DNA from: a bacterium
Lineage (GTDB): Bacteria; SAR324; NAC60-12
Assembly (NCBI GenBank): GCA_965205865.1
Contig: CBDBHR010000028.1
Span: 480,001 to 544,000 of the forward strand
Length of the DNA stretch: 64,000 nucleotides
Direction: 5' to 3'
The notes beneath the pieces are model-generated. The model made no database searches and had not been told where the DNA came from. It worked only from the letters and a program-made list of their open reading frames with translations. Positions 50,410 through 60,329 of this stretch are shown piece after piece. Positions within the stretch are counted from its first letter, which is position 1. The number at the start of each line of letters is the position of its first letter. The position numbers and the translations under genes are program-made.

Positions 50410-50935
50410 AGTTTCATTGAATTGGGTTATGAGAAAATCCGACTCACTCTGATGAGTGAACTCAATCAGCCTATTCCTCTCCTTAGAATAATCAGAAAAA
50501 GAATTGCAAACTTTTTAACATCTACATACCAATACCTGGAACAACCGCATCCATACCCAAGTGTTTTTCAATCCAGGCGCGTAAAGGAATATCTTCTGGC
50601 TTAGGAGAAGTATATCCGTATTTTCCGGTCGGAGTAGCCCCCAATAGTTGACGACGAATCGGATCACTGCGATCCAGAAATCACATATTAAAATTCTCTT
50701 GCTTCTTTGTTGTCACTAATGCATTTTTACTCCATTTTTAAAAAAATGAGTAGCAAAAATAAAAGGGAAATGGTAGTTGATCCATGTAAATTAAGGTGAA
50801 GAAGATAAGCTAAGTAAATCACATCATTCAGAGAGGACATTTAACGAAGAATATCCTGGTTCCGCAGCCCTTTTCAGCACGAGAGGGGTTGTGATTCGGC
50901 GGGATAACACTCTCCTGTTAAAGAACGGTGAAATT

Positions 50936-52189
50936 ATGACCAACGAAGATGAGACAGTGGGAAGGAGTGCGATGAAGGGAGTGAGAGTGTTGGATCTCTC
51001 ACGTCTGGTTGCAGGTAATTTGGCTTCACTTTTAATGGCGGATTTTGGTGCGGATGTCATCAAAATCGAAAGACCCGGAGTGGGGGATGATCTGCGCAAC
51101 TGGCGCGAAGATGGAATCGAGATTTTTTGGAAAACATATGCAAGGAATAAGCGTAGTGTCTGCTGGGATCTGAATGAGGAAACCGATCGCAAGAAATTAT
51201 TCCTTCTTATTGAAACCACACAAGTCTTTATCGAAAATTTTGTGCCCGGAAAACTGGAAGAATTCGGCATGGGACCGGATGTCTTATTTCGCCTCAATCC
51301 CAATTTGATCATACTTCGCATATCCGGATGGGGGCAGACCGGACCTTTGCGCAACAAACCAGGGTTTGGAACTTTGGTGGAAGGCATGTCCGGTTTTGCT
51401 CATTTGAATGGTTTCCCTGACAGACCACCTGCTCTGCCGCCTATCGCAACGGCCGACATGATTACGGGTTTGTATGGGGCTTATGCCGTTATGCTCGCCT
51501 TACGAAACGTGGAGACGCACTCTGGCAAAGGTCAGGTGATTGACCTGTCACTTTTCGAAAGCTTGTTTTCCTTTGTGGCCTCCGAAGCTGTCAAGCATCG
51601 TGTTTCCGGAAAAATCAGTATGCGTTCGGGAAGTCGTTCCACACACACGGCACCACGCAATGTGTATGCCTGCCAGGATGGTAAATTCATGGCCTTGTCA
51701 GGATCGATGCAAAGCATGTGTGAGCAGTTGTTGACTGCAATCGGACGTCCCGAGTTGATTCACAGGATGGATCCTCGCATTGCAATCGTCCCAGCAATGA
51801 TTTCGCGCAATGACGATCGCGTGCAAAATCACGATGCTTTGGATGAGATCATTGGTGCTTTCATCGAAAAGCGTAGCTTGAAGGAAAATCTCCGTTTTTT
51901 TGAAACAGCAAACGTCACCGTTGGACCAGTGCTGGCAATGGACGATCTCTTGCAGCATCCTTACTTAAAAGGCCGTCGAGTAGTGACCGAGTTTGCCGAC
52001 CCGGATGTTGGAAGCATCCCGGCCCATGTTCCAGTTCCGCGCATGAGTGAGACTCCCGGCAGTTTGATCAATCCGGCACCGCCACTTGGCGCGCATAATC
52101 AGGAAATTGAATACGAATTGGATTGCAGGAAGGACAACAGTCAAATGCGTCCGGTTGTCTTCCGGAGCAATGCTCCGGTGAAGACGTAA
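50936..52189 (+). CDS. CaiB/BaiF class III CoA transferase
   Basis: GVRVLDLSR, DFGADVIKIE, RNKRS, ENFVPG, SGWGQTGP. Confidence 0.92.
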   Translation: MTNEDETVGRSAMKGVRVLDLSRLVAGNLASLLMADFGADVIKIERPGVGDDLRNWREDGIEIFWKTYARNKRSVCWDLNEETDRKKLFLLIETTQVFIENFVPGKLEEFGMGPDVLFRLNPNLIILRISGWGQTGPLRNKPGFGTLVEGMSGFAHLNGFPDRPPALPPIATADMITGLYGAYAVMLALRNVETHSGKGQVIDLSLFESLFSFVASEAVKHRVSGKISMRSGSRSTHTAPRNVYACQDGKFMALSGSMQSMCEQLLTAIGRPELIHRMDPRIAIVPAMISRNDDRVQNHDALDEIIGAFIEKRSLKENLRFFETANVTVGPVLAMDDLLQHPYLKGRRVVTEFADPDVGSIPAHVPVPRMSETPGSLINPAPPLGAHNQEIEYELDCRKDNSQMRPVVFRSNAPVKT

Positions 52190-52211
52190 TCATAGTTTCA
52201 GAGTATATTTT

Positions 52212-54143
52212 ATGAGTTGGACATATTTAATATTGTTGTCGTTAATCTCTATTTCGTATTTTCTCATAAACGAACAGCGTCAGCCCTCCGTGGCCCGTCT
52301 GTGGAATGAAGCATTATTGAGTGCGATCCGCACGGATTACGCCCGCCCCACGGTTCACGCTCGCAACCTGTTCCACACCTCGATTGCCATGTATGATGCC
52401 TGGGCTGCTTACGACGATACTACCGAAACCTACATACTGGGAAAAACAGTTGGAGAATTTACTTGCCCTTTTAAAGGATTGAAAGTCCCAAGAAATATAC
52501 ACCGAGCTCGGGAAGAGGCCATCAGTTATGCCATGTATCGCCTGATCCGTGAGCGTTTTCGTCTATCTCCGGGAGCAAGATTGTCTCTTGCCCGGATCGA
52601 TGCTTTATTGAAAGATTTAGGATATGACAAAGCGATCACGGGGACGGATTATACGACCGGATCTCCTGCAACGCTGGGTAATTACATTGCTCAATGCCTG
52701 CTTAATTTTGGCTTACAGGACGGCGCCAACGAGCGGAATCAATATGAAAACCAATACTACAAACCTGTCAATCCTCCCTTGGATCTGTTGGCATCGGGGA
52801 ACCCTGATATTGTCGATCCCAACCGCTGGCAACCCCTGCGTTTCGATGTTTTCATAGATCAGTCCGGAAATGTTTTTCCTGGTGCAGCGCCCCAATTCGT
52901 CAGCCCGGAATGGGGTGAGGTTTCCGCATTTGCCCTCGACAAAACCGATCTCTCTTTTCATGTGCGCGATGGCTATCAATTTTGGGTCTATCATGATCCG
53001 GGGGCGCCTCCTTATATAAACCCGAGCCAAGAAACCGGGCTCTCTGACGACTATAAATGGGGATTTGTCCTGGTCGCTATCTGGTCTGCGCATCTCGATC
53101 CTGCAGATGGTGTCATGTGGGACGTTTCGCCGTCATCGATCGGAAATATTCAGGAGTTTCCTCAGACCTCTGAAGCGTATCACGAATTTTATGACTTGCT
53201 GGGCGGTGGTGATTCCGGGATTGGACACGCTATCAATCCTCACACAGGGGCGCCTTATGAACCCCAGTGGGTTCCCAGGGCAGACTATGCCAGGGCTCTT
53301 GCCGAATTCTGGGCAGATGGCCCGGATTCGGAAACACCACCCGGCCACTGGTTCACTATCCTGAACTATGTCAATGATCAGCCTGAATTCGAGAAGCGAT
53401 TCCAGGGGCGGGGACCACTTCTTGATAATTTGCAATGGGATGTGAAGTCCTATTTTACGATGGGAGGAGCCGTTCATGATGCAGCCATTGCAGCATGGGG
53501 GATCAAGGGATGGTACGACTACATCCGTCCCATTTCCGCAATCCGGGGGATGGCGGAGCGTGGACAGAGTTCGCACCCGAATCTTCCCAGATATCATCCG
53601 GGTGGCATTCCACTGGTCGACGGTTTCATTGAAATGGTTGCGGAAAGAGACCCACTTGCAGGAGAGCAAGGGGAACACGTTGACAAGATCAAGTTATATG
53701 CCTGGCGGGGACCGGCGCATATCGAAAATCCGGATACTGATGTAGCGGGTGTGGGTTGGATTCTGGCGGAAAACTGGTGGCCCTACCAAAGACCTACCTT
53801 TGTCACACCTCCTTTTGCCGGATATATTTCAGGCCATTCTACTTTTTCTCGCGCAGCTGCGGAAGTGATGACCCTCTTAACAGGTGACGCCTTCTTTCCT
53901 GGGGGTATGGGGGAATTCCATACGAAACAGAATGAGTTTCTGGTTTTCGAGGATGGCCCTAGTGTCGACGTTACCCTGCAATGGGCCACCTACCGGGACG
54001 CCTCTGATCAGACCAGCCTCTCGAGGATCTGGGGAGGAATTCATCCTCCGGCTGATGATATTCCGGGACGTTTGATTGGTGAAAAAATTGGAATCGCAGC
54101 CTTTCATAAAGCAGAGCGCTATTTTTCAGGCCAGCTTCAATAA
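52212..54143 (+). CDS. Vanadium-dependent haloperoxidase family protein
   Basis: K..YDYIRP, PPFAGYISGHS, SRIWGGIH vanadate-binding motifs. Confidence 0.88.
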   Translation: MSWTYLILLSLISISYFLINEQRQPSVARLWNEALLSAIRTDYARPTVHARNLFHTSIAMYDAWAAYDDTTETYILGKTVGEFTCPFKGLKVPRNIHRAREEAISYAMYRLIRERFRLSPGARLSLARIDALLKDLGYDKAITGTDYTTGSPATLGNYIAQCLLNFGLQDGANERNQYENQYYKPVNPPLDLLASGNPDIVDPNRWQPLRFDVFIDQSGNVFPGAAPQFVSPEWGEVSAFALDKTDLSFHVRDGYQFWVYHDPGAPPYINPSQETGLSDDYKWGFVLVAIWSAHLDPADGVMWDVSPSSIGNIQEFPQTSEAYHEFYDLLGGGDSGIGHAINPHTGAPYEPQWVPRADYARALAEFWADGPDSETPPGHWFTILNYVNDQPEFEKRFQGRGPLLDNLQWDVKSYFTMGGAVHDAAIAAWGIKGWYDYIRPISAIRGMAERGQSSHPNLPRYHPGGIPLVDGFIEMVAERDPLAGEQGEHVDKIKLYAWRGPAHIENPDTDVAGVGWILAENWWPYQRPTFVTPPFAGYISGHSTFSRAAAEVMTLLTGDAFFPGGMGEFHTKQNEFLVFEDGPSVDVTLQWATYRDASDQTSLSRIWGGIHPPADDIPGRLIGEKIGIAAFHKAERYFSGQLQ

Positions 54144-54148
54144 ATGAG

Positions 54149-54283
54149 GTGGTGATGCGCGCTGCGGCCTTGTTGGTCGTCATTGCCGGCCTGGGGTATC
54201 GGCGGACGGCTTGGCTGTTGCGCCAGCTTTTCCTTATCGAGACCTCGAAATCGGCACTGCATCGCTGGGTCGAAGAGATCGCC
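54149..54283 (+). pseudogene. GC-rich transposase-like fragment
   Basis: GLGYRRTAWLLRQLF..SKSALHRWV resembles a transposase HTH. Confidence 0.45.
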
Positions 54284-54551
54284 AGCCAGTCTTTGAATAA
54301 AATGAGGAATCGAAGAGGTCAAATTCTTATGAGCCCAGCCAGGTTATATCATTCTGCATTTCAAGGAAAAATCATAAAACATTTATTTACATTAATGGGT
54401 AATGGTGAGGCTTTTCCTGACTGTGCCATATCAACTACTAAAGGAACTAAAGATGTTGTCTGGTGTTCTTTGGAAAAAAATCAAGAATGAATTTGAAAGC
54501 ATTGCTCCCAGCCAGTCTTTGAATAAAATGAGGAATCTGATAAAATTAAGG

Positions 54552-54695
54552 GTAACTATTCAGGTGCGGGTTTCCTGGGCTTGCGGGCATTTCCCTTTGA
54601 AAAAGCGCACTAAATCATCCACTTTTGAGATATTTTGACGCAATTTAGAGGTTCTGTCGACCTCTAGCCCAGTTTTTTCGCACCTGAATAGTTAC
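54552..54695. mobile_element. MITE D (144 bp)
   Basis: 17-bp TIR GTAACTATTCAGGTGCG / CGCACCTGAATAGTTAC; a lone matching end at 32294. Confidence 0.8.
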
Positions 54696-54711
54696 ATCCG
54701 ATTTATGCTAA

Positions 54712-54856
54712 GCAACAAACCTCAAATAACCTGTAATTCTTCCAATGGTGTGAGCAAAATTGGGGGACATGTACACCGCTGCGCATCCCAACTCTACTGC
54801 TTTATGCCTGCTGTTACGTGTCCCCTAATTTTGCGTATCCATATAAATTTCATTCC
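54712..54856 (-). mobile_element. MITE C copy 3 (145 bp, small deletion)
   Basis: Matches copy 2; TAA duplication. Confidence 0.88.
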
Positions 54857-54966
54857 TAAGCAATTTTTACTCGTAATTGCTGTCTCTATCACTATTTGCT
54901 GTTTCCCCTCTGATATGTTATGTTTGATAATCAGTATTTTCTCCCCATTATTCTTATGGAGGCTCC

Positions 54967-57567
54967 ATGGAAACTCGCGAATCCATTATCAGTAATTCCT
55001 CTCAGAACCCCTCATTCCAGGAACACCATCGGATCAGTGAGGACCTCCCGCCGCTGGCGGGGCATCGGGTCATCGACTTCGGCCACTACCTCGCGGGGCC
55101 GCTCGCCGGCATGCTGTTGGCCGACCAGGGCGCCGAGGTCATCAAGGTGGATCGCCCCGGCCACCCTTCCTGCGCCACCCCCGCGGGCGCGGTATTCAAC
55201 CGCGGCAAGCAGGTCCTGGAGCTGGACCTGAAGAGCGCTGCCGGCCGCGAGGCCGCATGGCGACTGGTGGCCTCGGCGGACGTGGTGATCGAGAACTTCC
55301 GTCCCGGGGTGATGGAACGGCTCGGGCTGGGCTCCGCCGCCATGGCGGCCGCCAACCCACGGCTGGTGTACCTGTCGCTGCCGGGCTTCGGCGCCGGCGA
55401 GGAACGCGCTTCGCTGCGCGCCTTCGAAGGGGTCCTCGGCGCCGCCACCGGGTTGTTTACCGACCTGCATTCGATTCGCCGCGAGCTGGAGGCGCCGCCG
55501 CAGTATACGCCGATCCCGCTGGCCTCCGCCTACGGCGCCGTCCACGGAGCGCTGGCGGTAGCCCTTTCGCTCTACGCCCGCGAGGAGAGCGGGCGCGGCG
55601 AGGTGATCGAGGTGCCGCTGGCCGGGGCCGCGATGTCGGCGATGGGCGCCTTCCTGCTGCGCGTTGCCGATGCGCCGGCGCGCTACGGCAAGCGTCCCAA
55701 TCCCGCCAACGACGAACTGCGCGCACGCATGCGGCAGGCCGACGCGGCCGAGCGCCGCCGGTTGATAGACCAGATCCGCCCCTGGCTGCCGCCGCTGTTC
55801 GACAGCTACCGAGCTAGCAACGGCCGCTGGGTGTTCCTGCTCGCCGGAAACAGCCGCCGCAACTCGGTCCAGCTCGCCAAGGCGCTGGGGATCTACGACG
55901 GCCTGATCGCCGACGGCATGGTCGACCTGCCGCCCTACCCCGACCTCACGCGGCCCAACAACATCCAGGACGTCGACGGCCTGTCGCGGGAGTGGAAGAA
56001 AACCCTCCGCGACCGCGTGGCGGCTGCCTTCCGGCAGCAGCCGGCGCACGACTGGACGCCGATCATGCGCCAGTTCGGGGTGCCGTTCAGCGTCCACCGC
56101 AGCACACAGGAGTGGTTGCACGCGCCGGAGACCGATGTCGCGGCGCTCACCGTGGAGGTCGTGGACCCGGCGCATGGAGCGATTCGCCAGCTCGGCGTGC
56201 AGACCTCGCTGGGCCGCACCGACCGGCGGTGGCACGTGCCGCGGCCGGCGCGGCCCGTCGACCTCGACGCCCTGCTGCGCGATCTCCCGGCCGCGACGAC
56301 CAACGGCGCCGGCGCCGCCGGCGGGGCGGCCCACGCGGCCACGCGCCCGGCGCCCATTCTCGCCGGTATCAAGGTGCTCGACCTGTCCACCGTGCTGGCC
56401 GGCCCCGGTTGCGCCCGCACCCTGGCGGAGTATGGCGCCGACGTGATCAAGATCGACGCACCCGATCCCTACTTCGGTCCCGGGACCGCGTACATGCTGC
56501 ACGTGGAAGTAGGCCAGGGCAAGCGCAGCATGATCCTGGACCTCAAGCAGGAGGAAGGCAGACGCCTGTTCGAGCAATTGGCCGGCGGCGCCGACGTGAT
56601 CGTGCACAACTTCCGGCCCGGCGTCGCCGAGCGGCTCGGCATCGACTACGCCAGCCTGGCGCGCATCAACCCCGGCATCGTCTACCTCAACCTGACCGCG
56701 TTCAATGGGCCGCGGCGCGGTCCGTGGACCGAGCTGCCCGGCTTCGATCCGGTGCTGCAGGCGGCTACGGGTATCCAGAACCGTTACGGCGGCCCCGGCG
56801 CGCCGCCCGAGCTGCACGGCTTCGCCTCCTGCATCGACTACCTGACCGGATACTCCGGCACCTACGGCATCGCCCTGGCCCTGCTGCGCCGCAAGCGCGA
56901 GGGCGGCGGCGACCTGGTGTTCACCTCCCTGGCGCAGGGCGGGCAACTGGTGCAGGCGCCCTTCGTGTGGGCCACCGCCGATGCCCGGCCCGACGACGGT
57001 CCACAGGGGCAGGAGGTCCTGGGCGCGCACTCCCTGGAGCACATGTACCGCGCCACCGACGGCTGGCTGATGCTGACCGGGCTGCCGGAGGATCTGCCGC
57101 GGCTGCACGAGATCCCGGAGCTGGCGGCAGTGCCGGTCGAGGTGGCCGAAGAGGCCGCGCGGATCGCCGCCCTGCAGGCTGCCATCGCGGAGCGGACGGT
57201 GTCCCACTGGGAGACCGCGTTCAACGCCGCGGGATTCGGCTGCCACCGGGTCGACTGCATCGAAGACGTGCGCCGCGCCGGCTTGCGCGAGATGACCGAC
57301 GCTGAACGCGCAGCGTGGAGCGACGGGCCGTCGATCTCGGTGATCCGCCTGCTCGACCACCCGGCCGGCAGTCCGGTCGACAATCCGGCCCCCACCTACG
57401 CGCGCTTCGCCGGCACGTCGCTGCGCCTCACCAACCCGATGCCCAAGATCGGCAGCCACACCCGCGCCATCCTGCGCGAGCTGGGCCACGACGACGCCCG
57501 GATCGACCGCTGGATCGACTCCGGCGTCGCCGCCGAGCAGATCCACGACGCCTACCTGCCGCACTGA
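54967..57567 (+). CDS. Tandem two-domain CaiB/BaiF CoA transferase, very GC-rich
   Basis: Two copies of LAG.(R/K)V.D..., GA(E/D)VIK.D, NFRPGV; abrupt composition shift. Confidence 0.9.
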   Translation: METRESIISNSSQNPSFQEHHRISEDLPPLAGHRVIDFGHYLAGPLAGMLLADQGAEVIKVDRPGHPSCATPAGAVFNRGKQVLELDLKSAAGREAAWRLVASADVVIENFRPGVMERLGLGSAAMAAANPRLVYLSLPGFGAGEERASLRAFEGVLGAATGLFTDLHSIRRELEAPPQYTPIPLASAYGAVHGALAVALSLYAREESGRGEVIEVPLAGAAMSAMGAFLLRVADAPARYGKRPNPANDELRARMRQADAAERRRLIDQIRPWLPPLFDSYRASNGRWVFLLAGNSRRNSVQLAKALGIYDGLIADGMVDLPPYPDLTRPNNIQDVDGLSREWKKTLRDRVAAAFRQQPAHDWTPIMRQFGVPFSVHRSTQEWLHAPETDVAALTVEVVDPAHGAIRQLGVQTSLGRTDRRWHVPRPARPVDLDALLRDLPAATTNGAGAAGGAAHAATRPAPILAGIKVLDLSTVLAGPGCARTLAEYGADVIKIDAPDPYFGPGTAYMLHVEVGQGKRSMILDLKQEEGRRLFEQLAGGADVIVHNFRPGVAERLGIDYASLARINPGIVYLNLTAFNGPRRGPWTELPGFDPVLQAATGIQNRYGGPGAPPELHGFASCIDYLTGYSGTYGIALALLRRKREGGGDLVFTSLAQGGQLVQAPFVWATADARPDDGPQGQEVLGAHSLEHMYRATDGWLMLTGLPEDLPRLHEIPELAAVPVEVAEEAARIAALQAAIAERTVSHWETAFNAAGFGCHRVDCIEDVRRAGLREMTDAERAAWSDGPSISVIRLLDHPAGSPVDNPAPTYARFAGTSLRLTNPMPKIGSHTRAILRELGHDDARIDRWIDSGVAAEQIHDAYLPH

Positions 57568-57637
57568 CCAAGCCGGCGGGCGCCCTTGCTCCTGACCTGA
57601 TTATGGTCCATATTCAGTCTACCTGAGATCGCTGCAT

Positions 57638-57940
57638 GAGACAGACGGAATCCTATTTTGTGAGATATCCCTTTGGGAAATTGCCATGCTCGTGCAAAAG
57701 GAGAGAATGGTTATCGATACCTCTAATCAGAAATTCATTAAATTAGTTTTAACTGCCAAGCAGTATCAACTTCAAGGCATGACTCCGGCAATAGCAGAAT
57801 TATCCACTCAACTTCCGGAAGAAGTGAGTAAAGATCCTGCAGATAGGATCATTGCCGCAACTGCCATTACTGAGAAAGTTTCCCTGGTAACGACCGATAG
57901 AAATTTGATTAAAGCCAATTGTGTTCCAACAATATGGTAA
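57638..57940 (+). pseudogene. 5'-truncated PIN/VapC toxin
   Basis: ISLWEIAML...DPADRIIAATA...LVTTD; N-terminal D-T motif absent. Confidence 0.75.
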
Positions 57941-58058
57941 AGAAAAAGAATTAGTTAATTTTTTTTGCTGAGGAATTGATTCTCTTTTTGTTTGACTATT
58001 CCGCAATGTATTGCTAAATAGTCATGACTATTTAGCAATACAATTCATAATGGTCAGC

Positions 58059-59180
58059 ATGGAAAGAAGGCAGACAAACAGAATCCTGCAGGATCTCAAA
58101 AAGAAGATGGTCTTTCTCACAGGTCCGCGTCAGGTGGGAAAAACTTGGTTAGCCCACGAGATTGCCAAGTCTTATTCCAATAGCCTTTATTTGACCTATG
58201 ATCGCCGGGAAGACCGAAAAATCATGGAAACGGAAGCCTGGTTATCAGATATTGATCTTTTGATTTTAGATGAACTTCACAAGATGCCGCAATGGAAAAA
58301 CTACCTCAAAGGGATCTATGATACCAAATCGGAGCGACTTTCCATTTTGGTGACCGGGAGTGCCCGTTTAGAAACTTTCCGCCAAAGCGGAGACTCGTTG
58401 GCCGGCCGATTCTTCCGCCATAGATTACTGCCGTTTACCCCTTCCGAAGTCGATCCATCCTTGGTGACAGAAGATCTGAATCGATTTATGATCCGAGGTG
58501 GTTTTCCCGAACCTTTCCTAGCGGAGGATCCCCAAGACGCCGACCGATGGAGGTTACAATATACCGACGGGCTGATCCGAAATGACATATTAGACTTCGA
58601 AAAAATCCATGATCTGAAAGCCATTCAGTTGGTGTTTGATCTTCTAAGGCAACGGGTAGGATCTCCCATTTCGTTTACTTCCCTTGCCCGGGATGTGGGG
58701 ATTTCGCCCAACACGGTCAAAAAACACATCCAGGTTTTTGAAGCCCTGTTTATCATTTTCCGTGTCGTTCCCTATTCCAAAAATATCGCCCGCTCGATCT
58801 TAAAAGAACCCAAAATTTATTTTTATGATACGGGCCTGGTTGATGCTGAGATAGGCATCAAGTATGAGAATATGGTGGCTGTCAGTCTGTTAAAATATGT
58901 CTATGGCCTGGAAGATGAAGAGGGGAAACCCTACCACCTCCATTATTTGAGAACAAAAGAGGGGAGGGAAGTGGATTTTTGTATCACTCACAACAATGTT
59001 GCCCAGTTGATGATTGAAACCAAATATGCAGACCTCTCCCTCAGTAAAGCCCTGGTGCAGTTCCATCAAAAATACCACATTCCAGGAATTCAGCTACTCT
59101 CCACTTTGAAACACGAAAAAAAAGAGCAAGCCATTGAAATCCGTCAGGCTAGTAAGTATTTATTCCTGTTGAAGTATTGA
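58059..59180 (+). CDS. AAA+ ATPase with DUF4143 domain
   Basis: GPRQVGKT, LILDE, VTGS, GGFPE, PKIYFYDTG, EVDF. Confidence 0.9.
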   Translation: MERRQTNRILQDLKKKMVFLTGPRQVGKTWLAHEIAKSYSNSLYLTYDRREDRKIMETEAWLSDIDLLILDELHKMPQWKNYLKGIYDTKSERLSILVTGSARLETFRQSGDSLAGRFFRHRLLPFTPSEVDPSLVTEDLNRFMIRGGFPEPFLAEDPQDADRWRLQYTDGLIRNDILDFEKIHDLKAIQLVFDLLRQRVGSPISFTSLARDVGISPNTVKKHIQVFEALFIIFRVVPYSKNIARSILKEPKIYFYDTGLVDAEIGIKYENMVAVSLLKYVYGLEDEEGKPYHLHYLRTKEGREVDFCITHNNVAQLMIETKYADLSLSKALVQFHQKYHIPGIQLLSTLKHEKKEQAIEIRQASKYLFLLKY

Positions 59181-59205
59181 GAAAAAACAGTGATTCTCAG
59201 GAAGG

Positions 59206-59232
59206 AAAAAGGGAGGGGCTCCTCCCCGTTTT
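59206..59232. terminator. Probable bidirectional intrinsic terminator
   Basis: AAAAA-GGGAGG-GGCT-CCTCCC-CGTTTT between convergent genes. Confidence 0.6.
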
Positions 59233-59254
59233 CACGAGGACAAGTTTGGTGCGC

Positions 59255-60226
59255 TTACCCATTGAAAGGATTGATCAGCCGGGCCAGGAGGCCTCTTTTG
59301 CGTTTCACCACCGCAGTGCCGTAACTGCCCTCACCGCCCCGCAGTCGGGGGTCGAGCAGGTCCCTGAGGGCATCACCGAACATGTTGAGGGAGTAGACGA
59401 CAATTGTCAGGCAGAGCCCCGGCCAGAGCGCCAGCCAGGGCGCCATCTCCATGTAGGTGCGTCCTTCCCGGCTGAGCAGACCACCCCAGCTAGGAATCTG
59501 GGCTGGCAGACCGAATCCCAGGAAGCTCAGAGAAGCCTCAGACATAATCACCCCCCCGATGCTGATGCTGAAGATGATGATGACAGTCGCCATAATATTG
59601 GGCAGGACATGGCGTAAGAGGATTTGGGTCGTGGGGGTGCCCACAGCCCTGGCTGCCAGAAAATAGTCATTCTCTTTAACACCGATAACGGCGCTTCTGA
59701 CTATTCTTGAAGCGGCGATGCCTCCGGCGATCCCCAGGACCACGATGATTTGCGGCAAACCCCGCCCCACCAGGGACATGATGGTTAACAAGATGAGTAG
59801 TCCCGGGAAAGCCATCCAGGCATCGACAAATCTCTGCACAGCCAGGTCCAATTTACCGCCAAGGAACCCTGAAATGCCGCCTATCAGGACAGCGACGACA
59901 ACATTGAGAGTGGTCGCCGCCAGACCGACGATTAACGAAAGACGAGCCCCGACGATAAGACGGCTCAACAAGTCTCGCCCCAACTGGTCGGCACCCAGGA
60001 GATACTGGGCTGATGAGCCCTGCAGCATGTCTGCCGGGTGCACTTCCCAATATGGATAAGGGGCCAGAACATCGGCAAAGATAGCGACAAAAATCAATAT
60101 CAATATGATTATCCCGCTGATAGTACCCAGCGGCTTTTCCTTGACCAGCCTGATAAAGAAATCAGCCAGCCGGCCCCGTCGCTTGGGTTCAATGATTTCG
60201 GTTGGTGTCTCTGTGGTGTTGCTCAT
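59255..60226 (-). CDS. ABC peptide transporter permease (DppC-like)
   Basis: Intact paralog of 25758-26700. Confidence 0.93.
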   Translation of the reverse strand: MSNTTETPTEIIEPKRRGRLADFFIRLVKEKPLGTISGIIILILIFVAIFADVLAPYPYWEVHPADMLQGSSAQYLLGADQLGRDLLSRLIVGARLSLIVGLAATTLNVVVAVLIGGISGFLGGKLDLAVQRFVDAWMAFPGLLILLTIMSLVGRGLPQIIVVLGIAGGIAASRIVRSAVIGVKENDYFLAARAVGTPTTQILLRHVLPNIMATVIIIFSISIGGVIMSEASLSFLGFGLPAQIPSWGGLLSREGRTYMEMAPWLALWPGLCLTIVVYSLNMFGDALRDLLDPRLRGGEGSYGTAVVKRKRGLLARLINPFNG

Positions 60227-60230
60227 AATT

Positions 60231-60314
60231 CAGGTATTTAGGATGAAGGCTTTCAGGTATAAGGTATTAGGTGTCAGCTTTGCGCTAATACCTGAAACCT
60301 AACACCTAATACCT
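60231..60314. repeat. Inverted degenerate heptamer array (AGGTATT / AATACCT)
   Basis: Heptamer units on both arms form a long stem between dppB and dppC. Confidence 0.65.
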
Positions 60315-60329
60315 TTGTCGCGCCAGCGA

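Noticed and set aside
55012-57564. 850-aa minus-strand ORF and other long overlapping ORFs
   Set aside because: Antisense shadows of a very GC-rich gene; the plus strand carries clear CoA-transferase motifs.
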